Shown one piece after another: positions 1 to 7,775 of a stretch of DNA of 64,000 bases. The stretch is from an uncultured Candidatus Saccharibacteria bacterium. GTDB lineage: Bacteria; Patescibacteriota; Saccharimonadia; Saccharimonadales; JALRHH01. The position numbers and the translations under genes are program-made. The stretch covers positions 35,755 to 99,754 of the forward strand of contig CAYYUY010000002.1 of the NCBI GenBank assembly GCA_964474995.1, in the 5' to 3' direction. The notes beneath the pieces were generated by a model. That model was not told the origin of the DNA. It saw nothing but the letters and a program-made list of their open reading frames with translations, and made no database searches. Positions within the stretch are counted from its first letter, which is position 1, and the number at the start of each line of letters is the position of its first letter.

Positions 1-59
1 CTGTTACGTCAAAGCTCAAGGTCAAACACCACACCAACTTTGAAATCACCCACCATGAT

Positions 60-698
60 ATGTTTGGCATGATGTTTGAAAACGGCAAGTTTACTGGTAT
101 GGGCATACCTCAAAAGAGTGCCACTGCCAACCAGATTGATAAGCGTTTTCTTAGTAATGCTCCTGCTAACCGTATTGACGCTTTAGACTTATGGATTGAT
201 AGCCCACGCCGTGCAATTATAGGCAAAGCAATTATTGAGGAAGCAATTAAACTATTCTTTAAGCTGACAAAAAACAGGGACAATATACGGCTGTTGGCTA
301 GGGCAAACAAAGCAGCAGCAGAGTATGCAGGGACAGCTTTTTCTGACTGCATACTAATTGCTTGGCTACCTGTAGAAATCCACCTGTATGAGCAACTGAA
401 AGAATATATGGATAGTAAAGGCAGCGCACGCTTTAACCGCAAAAGGAAAGATAACTTACTCAAGGACTACACGGTTTCAGAAGTAATTGAGCTACTTGAG
501 TTTTCAAAACAAATCAACAAGGCGGAGTATGACAGCCTGACAAAAATCCGCAAAATCCGCAATGATATTATCCATAACGGCTACGCTGCTACTTTTGAGG
601 AAGCTGGTGCAGCCTTGAGCTTGCTAGAGAGCATTATTAAATCAAAGACTGGTCACACTTTAGCCCTGAATACGGGTATATCAATGAACCTGTTTTGA
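60..698 (+). CDS. HEPN-like protein (Swt1-like Rx4H motif); possibly 5'-truncated by the window edge
   Basis: C-terminal IRKIRNDIIHNG contains R-N-x3-H (codons 558-575), the HEPN RNase signature. The reading frame stays open upstream to position 3, so the true start may lie outside the window. Confidence 0.45.
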   Translation: MFGMMFENGKFTGMGIPQKSATANQIDKRFLSNAPANRIDALDLWIDSPRRAIIGKAIIEEAIKLFFKLTKNRDNIRLLARANKAAAEYAGTAFSDCILIAWLPVEIHLYEQLKEYMDSKGSARFNRKRKDNLLKDYTVSEVIELLEFSKQINKAEYDSLTKIRKIRNDIIHNGYAATFEEAGAALSLLESIIKSKTGHTLALNTGISMNLF

Positions 699-897
699 AC
701 CAGCCGACATTAACCAATAGCCCTTGCCGTGTCCTGAAACTTAACTAACACTTGTAGGAAAACTGTCAGGTAATTTCTGTACAAAATGAACGTGTTTTCA
801 AAGCCGTTTTATATCTGTTAACGGTGAAAAGTGGTGTCCGGAAACTCATGCCCTGAATTGGGGAGTTTTCCGACGAAAATGTACGTCTCCAGAAATG

Positions 898-1464
898 CTA
901 CTTCGTTTGTACTATTGCTCGGTCACTGTCTAGACCAGGCTTCCAAATAAGGTATTGATGTCCGTCTTCAACAGGTACTTGGAATACAACCTTGCCAGTC
1001 GCCTTACCGCCAGTAACAATGTCCCCAGAATTGAGCAAGTCGGTTATTGAGGAAACAATTGTGCTATCCAAAACTTGCCCACCTGCTGTCTGTATGCGGA
1101 AATCAGCCTCATTGTATGGCTTAGTGCTATCACTGGTGTTTTCTAGCGTTACATCAGCCACAACGTAAGTCTTCCCACTATCAGCTGTATCAAACTCGCC
1201 CAGGCTGGTAGCGTACTTCACGTTGGTAACGGTAAGTTTAACGCCACCAACTGTGCCACTTTCATTAGGCAACAATTCAACATCTTTTGGCTGTTTGTCA
1301 GCCCTGTCAGTAAACCTGTATGTCTTAGTGGTACTTGTTGCCGTTTTTGAGCCAGAAGCCCCGTTCTGCGTACCCTTATTACCCCCAGCTGCCCCACCAA
1401 TTACGACAAGTACAATAATGACTAAAATTACGGTCAATATCTTGTGCTTCTTAAACCAACCCAT
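898..1464 (-). CDS. DUF4352-like membrane-anchored protein
   Basis: N-terminal TM helix and Ser/Thr/Gly linker. The beta-rich domain with GKTYVVADVTLENTSDSTKPYNEADFRIQ...GKVVFQVP is typical of DUF4352. The start was moved to the second ATG (1464), which is preceded by GGAGAG. Confidence 0.55.
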   Translation of the reverse strand: MGWFKKHKILTVILVIIVLVVIGGAAGGNKGTQNGASGSKTATSTTKTYRFTDRADKQPKDVELLPNESGTVGGVKLTVTNVKYATSLGEFDTADSGKTYVVADVTLENTSDSTKPYNEADFRIQTAGGQVLDSTIVSSITDLLNSGDIVTGGKATGKVVFQVPVEDGHQYLIWKPGLDSDRAIVQTK

Positions 1465-1520
1465 ACTTAAACTCTCCATTTAATTTATATCTGTTAATGT
1501 AGCACACTTAATGCCAAAAC

Positions 1521-1553
1521 ATAAACAGACAGTTTATGTAACTAACTGTTTAT
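1521..1553. promoter_or_regulatory. Candidate operator in the divergent DUF4352/XRE intergenic region
   Basis: ATAAACAG (1521-1528) and its exact reverse complement CTGTTTAT (1546-1553), with an inner GTTTAT (1532-1537), sit just upstream of the XRE gene. Confidence 0.3.
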
Positions 1554-1571
1554 TATTTCTACTCTAGGTGC

Positions 1572-1799
1572 ATGAGTAATGCCCAAGAACAAAAACTTAT
1601 GAAAGACTTTGGTAAACGAGTTGCCGAAGTGCGCAAAAGTAGAGGTATAACCCAACAGGATTTAGCCGAACGTGTCAGTATGAGTGTGGTTGCAATTGCC
1701 TACATTGAAACGGGTAAGCGTTGGGCTAGGCTTGGTACGCTACACAAGATAGCCAAAGTGCTAAAAGTTGACATTCAAGATTTATTCAAGGGGTTATAA
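1572..1799 (+). CDS. XRE-family helix-turn-helix transcriptional regulator
   Basis: 75 aa. RKSRGITQQDLAERVSMSVVAIAYIETGKR is a canonical Cro/CI-type HTH. Confidence 0.8.
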   Translation: MSNAQEQKLMKDFGKRVAEVRKSRGITQQDLAERVSMSVVAIAYIETGKRWARLGTLHKIAKVLKVDIQDLFKGL

Positions 1800-1823
1800 G
1801 TCACCACTTGCTATTATGTGTAA

Positions 1824-2591
1824 GTGAACTTGCCGCTTTGCCCACATTGCCATAAGCAACTACCTAAGTTCCCCACACGCAAGGGGCAATGCCCCAAATG
1901 CAAACACGCCTATCTGGTTAGAACTGACCCTGAAACCAAAGAAAAAGTCGTAGTTGACGCAACTGGAGCTAAGCGAATTGAAAAGATATACCACAGGCAA
2001 GCAATTGAGAACGAGCTTGAACGAAACTTGAGCTGGGGTGTTGATGATTTTGACGGGCTTTATAAAACCGTTGAGAGCCAACTAACCGAAAAATGGATAC
2101 CAAAGTTTGGGCGTGGACCAGGTAAAGGTGACGTGCTTTGGGGGGTTGCTAGTCAATTAAATCTGCAAGCAGCTAAAGTATCTGATTTTAGCGCCATGTC
2201 TCGTATTTACTTTAATCAAGCCCTATATATACATCAGCTTGGCAAGGACTGTAACTACCTACTTAAACCTGCTAATGAAATGACCTTACGGGAACTGGCA
2301 AAAAGTGGTTTCAAAGAAGTGAGCATACTCGCTAACAAGGCGTGTACGGAGTGTGCCAAATTAGACGGCAAGAAGTTCACAATTCAGGAAGCGCTTGAGC
2401 AACAGATACTACCAAATACGCATTGTACTTTCAAACTTGAAGATTCTGCACCAACAGGCTGGTGTAGGTGCTTATATCAGGCACTGCCAGTAGACTTTAG
2501 TACAGAAGATTTTACCCAGACAGTTAGCCCTGCCCAACCACAGCCTACCCAAAAACAAGGATTTTTTAGCCGTTTCAAAAGGCACGTATAA
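1824..2591 (+). CDS. Zinc-ribbon protein with a C-terminal CxxC...HC...CRC motif (Mu F / SPP1 gp7-like?)
   Basis: GTG start. The N-terminus CPHCHK...CPKCKH is a zinc ribbon. The C-terminus CTECAKLDGKKF...PNTHCTF...WCRC resembles the conserved end of phage Mu F-like minor head proteins. This match is from memory and is weak. Confidence 0.4.
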   Translation: MNLPLCPHCHKQLPKFPTRKGQCPKCKHAYLVRTDPETKEKVVVDATGAKRIEKIYHRQAIENELERNLSWGVDDFDGLYKTVESQLTEKWIPKFGRGPGKGDVLWGVASQLNLQAAKVSDFSAMSRIYFNQALYIHQLGKDCNYLLKPANEMTLRELAKSGFKEVSILANKACTECAKLDGKKFTIQEALEQQILPNTHCTFKLEDSAPTGWCRCLYQALPVDFSTEDFTQTVSPAQPQPTQKQGFFSRFKRHV

Positions 2592-2632
2592 TACCAACCT
2601 GTTAGTATCTTAGTTATGGTATGGATATGTAA

Positions 2633-3346
2633 ATGAAAGTTAGGCTACCAAAACGCCTTAAAGACGGCAGACCTATTGACCCCGAAACTGCAAAAGCTGT
2701 ACGCAAGATACAAGATGACGCAGCTCTGAATAGTGGTAGCAAATACCGTCTTCATGTCTATCACGTATTCAATGACCCAGATTTTGACAAAGATGTCCGA
2801 GAAATACGTAAGTTGTTAGAAAGCTTCTACTACAAAGACATTTCCCTAAATCCAGACTCTGACCACCTACTAAAAGAACACAAACAAGCATTGTTTAATT
2901 TTGCAGCCAGATATTGCATTGACCCAGAGGACCTGCGAACTTATGCAGACGGGCTTTATGATGAGGGTGCAGGTTACGGCTCTGACATTGATGAGTTTGG
3001 CGGTCTTATGGAAACAGGCAGGTACGGATTGGTTTACAAAATTGGACCAAAAACTACATTGGAGCAGATACAAGCAGAGTGGAAAATGCACATTGAGTAC
3101 GCTAAACAAGACTACTACGGCAAGCGATCTGGTAAGAAGCGTTTATCAAAGTTTAACCATGAGCTGGTGTATGCGGTTTTCAAAGCACGGAACAAGCCAA
3201 AGCCTGATAGTTTCACCAAAATACAAAAGGATTATGAGCAAGGAACGCTAGCTGGCTATACAGGCAGCCGACATAAGTATGTAGTCAAAGATGACCTTGA
3301 ACGCTTTTATAACAAGCATAAACCCTATGTAAATACAGCCCTCTAA
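2633..3346 (+). CDS. Hypothetical protein (element 1 cargo)
   Basis: 237-aa ORF in a co-directional gene string with plausible composition. No motif recognised. Confidence 0.5.
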   Translation: MKVRLPKRLKDGRPIDPETAKAVRKIQDDAALNSGSKYRLHVYHVFNDPDFDKDVREIRKLLESFYYKDISLNPDSDHLLKEHKQALFNFAARYCIDPEDLRTYADGLYDEGAGYGSDIDEFGGLMETGRYGLVYKIGPKTTLEQIQAEWKMHIEYAKQDYYGKRSGKKRLSKFNHELVYAVFKARNKPKPDSFTKIQKDYEQGTLAGYTGSRHKYVVKDDLERFYNKHKPYVNTAL

Positions 3347-3419
3347 ACCCCTGCTTTACAAGGCCGTGTTATATGTTGTAATAGGTTCATAATGTAGTGT
3401 ACCCAGAAATGGAAACACT

Positions 3420-3683
3420 ATGAACAACATAAGTAACACACCAAATGAAGAAGCACACATCAGTGATTTTGGACTTGTTGCTGCTTTAGTTACTAGCGGA
3501 TTTGGCATACGGCGCTCCCAGCGTATCAATTCCCGTGTGTATTTCATTTTTGGTAAGACTAATGACCTGCAGAAGACCATAGATGACTACTGGGCTGGTT
3601 TGTTACAGGTCTATGCTCGGCAATACTTTGATAACACCAAAATGCTGAAAAGCCTTATCTATAGTGAGGGGCAAAAGCCATGA
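3420..3683 (+). CDS. Small hypothetical protein (DUF5659-like?)
   Basis: 87 aa. The pattern SDFGLVAALVTSGF...RVYFIFGKT resembles DUF5659, recalled from memory. Its stop overlaps the next start (ATGA). Confidence 0.4.
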   Translation: MNNISNTPNEEAHISDFGLVAALVTSGFGIRRSQRINSRVYFIFGKTNDLQKTIDDYWAGLLQVYARQYFDNTKMLKSLIYSEGQKP

Positions 3684-3925
3684 AGCTTACCCAGCCACAA
3701 ATCAATGAGTTTCAAACTCTCTATAAAGCCCGTTTTGGCACAGACATTGATTATGAAACAGCTGAGCTGGAAGCCACTCAATTAATCCGCTTGGTGAGCA
3801 TGATACAACCACGCAATAAGTTAAGTATAAAAATGGACATGGAACTTAATGACACACCGCTATCGGGTGAAGCCCATGTCTTGGAGCAAGCAGGATATGG
3901 CAAACCAGCACCAAAAAACAGTTAA
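3680..3925 (+). CDS. Small hypothetical protein
   Basis: 81 aa, ATGA-coupled to the upstream ORF. No motif recognised. Confidence 0.4.
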   Translation: MKLTQPQINEFQTLYKARFGTDIDYETAELEATQLIRLVSMIQPRNKLSIKMDMELNDTPLSGEAHVLEQAGYGKPAPKNS

Positions 3926-4403
3926 TGACCTGCTGGGCTTCTTTTACATAGCCTACAATCCAGTATTAGCTAAGATATTTGGACGTAATGAAGCCTTGCT
4001 ACTTGGATTGCTGCTTTATTGGCACGGAAGAGGTGATGACCCTGTGTGGATTTATAAAACCGCACAAGAGATTGAAGCCCAGACCGCCTTAACTCCTGAG
4101 CAGCAGAAGCTTGCTATTAAGCACCTCAAGGCTACGCCGTATGTTCAACAAATACGTGCTGGCTATCAAGGCGTACGTTACTTCAAACTTGATTATGAAT
4201 TACTGCTTAAAGACTTACCTAGTTTGGTTAAAACACACCAACTAGATGAGTTAGTAGCCACTAACAAGAAAGTGTTTAACCCACGAACATTATTAAGAAG
4301 AATACATAACAACATACAAAACAAGAATCAAAACAACACTGGCTATAAAGCACGTGCAGGTCCTGAAAGTATTGGTGCAGTATTTGCACGTAAGAAATAT
4401 TAG
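3849..4403 (+). CDS. Winged-helix-like DNA-binding protein (possible replication/initiator function)
   Basis: FFYIAYNPVLAKIFGRNEALLLGLLLYWH...IYKTAQEIEAQTALTPEQQKLAIKHLK looks like the N-terminal wHTH of phage/plasmid replication organisers. The start is uncertain (ATG at 3849, 3876 or 3897). Confidence 0.35.
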   Translation: MTHRYRVKPMSWSKQDMANQHQKTVNDLLGFFYIAYNPVLAKIFGRNEALLLGLLLYWHGRGDDPVWIYKTAQEIEAQTALTPEQQKLAIKHLKATPYVQQIRAGYQGVRYFKLDYELLLKDLPSLVKTHQLDELVATNKKVFNPRTLLRRIHNNIQNKNQNNTGYKARAGPESIGAVFARKKY

Positions 4404-4488
4404 TAAAGCAGTATATAATTAATAACAGATACGGCAACGGCTTTTTGAAGCAGAGCTTTCTTAAAGCCGTCCGTGAAAAGGAAGCAAG

Positions 4489-6156
4489 ATGAAAGACCTT
4501 ACTCAACTTAGATTCGGATTATATGCACGGAAATCCGAGGAAAACGAAGACCGTCAAGTCCAGTCAATTCAAGACCAAAAGGATGAAATGCAAAAAATAG
4601 CAAAAGAACGTGGCTACACTATTGTTAAAGGCGCAATCTTTTGGGAATCCAAATCAGCCAAAGTGCCTGGCAAGCGTGAAGAGTTTGATAAGCTCATAGC
4701 ATTGGTGCAAGAGGGCAAAATTGACGGCATACTAAGCTGGAAAAGCAACCGTTTATCCCGAAATCCACTAGAGAGTGGCATTATTCAGCAATTGCTGTTT
4801 GATGAAAAACTTAAAGGCATTGTTACTAGTACTAAGACTTACTTGCCAGAAGACAATGCTCTCATTTTCAGCGTTGATTCCAGCATGGATAGTCAGTTTA
4901 GCCGTGATTTAATGGTAGTTGTTCGGCGTGGTATGCACTCAAAGGCTGCAAGGGGTTGGTTCCCAGGTGTACCGCCTATTGGGTATAGGAATCACTATGA
5001 TGAGTTCGGTACACCCAAGAAGACCATTGTGCTTGACCCAGACCGCTGGCACATAATACGCACTATGTGGGACATGATGTTGACAGGCACGTACACCGTG
5101 CCTGAAATTGCCCGTTGGGCAGAGAAAAATGGCTTACGGAGCATTAAGCGCAAGAAAAGTGGTAACAAGCCCATGTCCGTGCCTACTGTTTACGCTATGT
5201 TCCACAATCCGTTTTACGTAGGCTACCTGCGGTTCGGTGGTAAAGTACTTAAAGGTGAGCATGAGCCTATTGTTACGCAAAAGGAGTTTGACCAGGTGCA
5301 GACACTCATTAAACGCTACAATCAAGGCAGACCCGAAGTTAATGATAAGCCTGACCCATTTCCTTACAGAAACATCATTAAGTGCGGTGAGTGTGGCTGT
5401 GCCATAACCTACAGCACAGTTGAGAAGACCTATAAAGACGGCTCTACGCAGCTATTTGAGTATTGCTACTGCACCAGACGACGCAAAGACTACAAGTGTT
5501 CACAGAGCAAAACTATCAAGCCCCAACAGCTTACACGGCTTATACGGGCTGAGCTGGACAAGTACACTATCTTGCCAGAGTTCTTTGAGTGGGCTTGTGA
5601 GTACTTGAGCGAGTTCCACGACGAAGAAGTAGATAAGCAAGAAAAGATATTTGAAGCTCAAACCAAGACCATTAGTGACCTAGAATCCGAATTACGGGAA
5701 CTGGGACGTATGCGCTACAGGGGGCAAGTTGACGACGAGTTCTATGAAACTGAAAAGTTAATGCTGGAAAACAAGCTGACTGTATTACGTGGCGAGTTCA
5801 ACAAACAAGAAGAACACAACAAAGAACTACGCAAACTGTGTGATAAATACTTCAACTTTGCCCGTTATGCCCGTGAAGACTTTGAGAGCCAGGAAGATGA
5901 AAAGCGCCGTGAAGTGCTTTCGTTGGCAGGTCAAAACCTACTGTACGAAGACGGACAACTCCTGTTTGAGCCAATAAAATACCTATCACCATTAGTTGAA
6001 AAGTATCCTGAGCTAGAAAAGCAATATCTTAGCGTCCAAACCCAGCCAGAACAGATGAAAAAGGACGCCGTAGCGTCCATAATTCAAACGTGGTACACCG
6101 GGCTGGATTCGAACCAGCGACCCTCTGTTCCGAAGACAGATGCTCTAATCCACTGA
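4489..6156 (+). CDS. Large serine recombinase (integrase) LSR1
   Basis: Resolvase catalytic domain (LYARKSEENEDRQVQSIQDQ, SWKSNRLSRN), recombinase domain, Cys-rich zinc ribbon (CGECGCAITYS) and coiled-coil region. The last 22 codons are antisense to tRNA-Arg. Confidence 0.85.
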   Translation: MKDLTQLRFGLYARKSEENEDRQVQSIQDQKDEMQKIAKERGYTIVKGAIFWESKSAKVPGKREEFDKLIALVQEGKIDGILSWKSNRLSRNPLESGIIQQLLFDEKLKGIVTSTKTYLPEDNALIFSVDSSMDSQFSRDLMVVVRRGMHSKAARGWFPGVPPIGYRNHYDEFGTPKKTIVLDPDRWHIIRTMWDMMLTGTYTVPEIARWAEKNGLRSIKRKKSGNKPMSVPTVYAMFHNPFYVGYLRFGGKVLKGEHEPIVTQKEFDQVQTLIKRYNQGRPEVNDKPDPFPYRNIIKCGECGCAITYSTVEKTYKDGSTQLFEYCYCTRRRKDYKCSQSKTIKPQQLTRLIRAELDKYTILPEFFEWACEYLSEFHDEEVDKQEKIFEAQTKTISDLESELRELGRMRYRGQVDDEFYETEKLMLENKLTVLRGEFNKQEEHNKELRKLCDKYFNFARYAREDFESQEDEKRREVLSLAGQNLLYEDGQLLFEPIKYLSPLVEKYPELEKQYLSVQTQPEQMKKDAVASIIQTWYTGLDSNQRPSVPKTDALIH

Positions 6157-6167
6157 GCTACCGGTGC
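6091..6167 (-). tRNA. tRNA-Arg(TCG), CCA encoded
   Basis: Hand-folded cloverleaf: GCACCGG/TA/GCTC-AGTGGATTA-GAGC/A/TCTGT-CTTCGGA-ACAGA/GGGTC/GCTGG-TTCGAAT-CCAGC/CCGGTGT/A/CCA. The terminal pair is G1-U72. Confidence 0.85.
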
Positions 6168-6270
6168 GCATTATGTATATCTTAGTTATGAAAGTACTTA
6201 CCTTTTATCATCGTCACTGGCATGACAGTGTCTTTGAGCATCAGTTCTCTTATTTCTGCAGCAAGCTGCG

Positions 6271-6289
6271 TCCACTGAGCTACCGGTGC
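6271..6289. repeat. Orphan copy of the first 19 nt of tRNA-Arg(TCG) (identical to 6149-6167), 122 bp upstream of the gene
   Basis: TCCACTGAGCTACCGGTGC occurs at 6149-6167 (inside the tRNA) and at 6271-6289. The orphan copy is abutted by TGCAGCAAGCTGC (6257-6269). Confidence 0.9.
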
Positions 6290-6374
6290 ATATTTAGTGG
6301 CCTAAGGTACTACGTCTCAAATATCAAGACCATTACAGCTTACCACCTCTGTTGAAAAATCGAAATAGTTCGAC

Positions 6375-7118
6375 CTATTTTACTGCTTGATCGAGTGCGG
6401 CATTCACAATTGGTACCCAGAGTGCGTAGCCACGTCCATTTGGGTGGAACTTATCTGGTGCGAGAAGGGTTGGATCTGCCAAGAAAGCAGCACGTGTTCC
6501 CTGTGCAATTTTGGCAAATGTTAGATTATTTTTGACAATAATTGGTGTATAGGCGGCATTGATCTGCCGAGTTCTTAGACCCATCAACTGCCGAGCTGGC
6601 CATGGAAAACGCGCAACAGAATCCATCGCCGGTGAACCAGTCACCACAATCTTGACTGCTGGGTTTGCAGCCCGCAACCCATCAATGATTGATTGGATCG
6701 AAGTCTGGAACGCCTTGCCCTTCACAAAATGCGTTGCATCATTTGCCCCAACAGCCAGTAGAACTACGTCTGGTTTATAGGTAATCGCTTGTGGCAATTG
6801 CACTGCCAGCACACTCGCTGCAGTTGCACCCGAGATGCCAACGTTCACAAACGTCACTTCGTAATTCATGGCTAAATGCTTGGCACTGATTGGTGCATAG
6901 GCATGCTCATAGTCGGTGCCTTGGCCAATGCTGGTGCTATCGCCCATGACCACATACGTCAGCTTTGGACCAGTGCCCAATACCTGCGCGTCTCGTGGAA
7001 TGGCTGGAGCCGGTACGGGTGTGCCATTATTCTTGATAAACAGAAGCTCAGCTGCCAGGAACAATACAATACCAATCAAAACTGCAGTGGCAGTGAGGAC
7101 GTATTGGTATTTCGTCAT
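6375..7118 (-). CDS. SGNH/GDSL-family hydrolase, N-terminal membrane anchor
   Basis: VVMGDSTSIGQG (GDS block), GANDA block and DxxH-like C-terminal block (DKFHPN). Confidence 0.75.
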   Translation of the reverse strand: MTKYQYVLTATAVLIGIVLFLAAELLFIKNNGTPVPAPAIPRDAQVLGTGPKLTYVVMGDSTSIGQGTDYEHAYAPISAKHLAMNYEVTFVNVGISGATAASVLAVQLPQAITYKPDVVLLAVGANDATHFVKGKAFQTSIQSIIDGLRAANPAVKIVVTGSPAMDSVARFPWPARQLMGLRTRQINAAYTPIIVKNNLTFAKIAQGTRAAFLADPTLLAPDKFHPNGRGYALWVPIVNAALDQAVK

Positions 7119-7124
7119 GATTGA

Positions 7125-7691
7125 CTATTTCTGCTTGTCGGCGTCTTGAGCATCCTGGGCTTTTGCCTCAGGAGCAGGCAGGGCCTTGGCATCAGCTTCA
7201 GCAATGGTACGAGTAAGCAGTTCGAGTACGCTCTTGGCGTGTTCACGACTCATACCGACTCGAGCAACTGCCAGCGGCTGATTATTGGGGCCAGCACCTT
7301 GCATGAAGTTCAGCACAACACCGTAGTCATTGACCATAATGTGCGCAATGTCGGTATATACGATTCGCAGGTCGTGCGGCATCACCATCACTGCAGGCTG
7401 CGTGTCAGTGTTGGTAGCGATAAGTGGCTCTGGCTGCCCTTCGCGCTTGTCGTAACCCGCGAGATCCCACAGCTTGGTGGCTTCATCCTCTTTGATGTTG
7501 AAATGGCTAATAAGAAGGAGCAGGATATCCTCGGCGGGCAGGGTAGTACCCTGTTCGATTGCTGTTAACGAATCAACTTCAATCTCGACTGCGCCGGATA
7601 CCTCGGCCAGACTCTCTTGTCGCTTCTGGCGCATACTTTTGAGTGATGCACCGAGAGACAGATATGGAAACTCCTGGTTGTCTTTACTCAT
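7125..7691 (-). CDS. XRE-type HTH protein with DUF3467-like C-terminal domain
   Basis: LGASLKSMRQKRQESLAEVSGAVEIEVDSLTAIEQG is an HTH. The C-terminus VNDYGVVLNFMQ...ARVGMSREHAKSVLELL resembles DUF3467. The start was trimmed to MSKDNQ (7691). Confidence 0.55.
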   Translation of the reverse strand: MSKDNQEFPYLSLGASLKSMRQKRQESLAEVSGAVEIEVDSLTAIEQGTTLPAEDILLLLISHFNIKEDEATKLWDLAGYDKREGQPEPLIATNTDTQPAVMVMPHDLRIVYTDIAHIMVNDYGVVLNFMQGAGPNNQPLAVARVGMSREHAKSVLELLTRTIAEADAKALPAPEAKAQDAQDADKQK

Positions 7692-7775
7692 GTGTATACA
7701 TGGTACCCTCTCCCTGTGTGGCAATCAACCCCACACCGCTTGATAGTTACTACCCGATACCGGATACTTATAGCT

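Larger units (their letters stand above)
1..6167. mobile_element. Integrated element 1 (right-hand part; left boundary lies outside the window), LSR-type, abutting or overlapping tRNA-Arg(TCG)
   Basis: Run of small phage/plasmid-like genes (XRE repressor, DUF4352, Zn-ribbon, DUF5659-like, winged-helix) ending in a large serine recombinase next to a tRNA. GC is visibly lower than the backbone. No left att site is seen in the window. Confidence 0.55.

Noticed and set aside
6164-6355. 63-aa ORF in the tRNA-Arg upstream scar region
   Set aside because: It spans the tRNA promoter spacer and the orphan tRNA fragment, has no RBS and has an implausible composition (Cys/His/Tyr/Phe-rich).
7692-7775. 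28-codon N-terminal extension of murB, and the first 11 codons of the 7125-7724 ORF
   Set aside because: The two extensions overlap each other on opposite strands. The internal ATGs give canonical N-termini (MLITPNVPLATH... for MurB).
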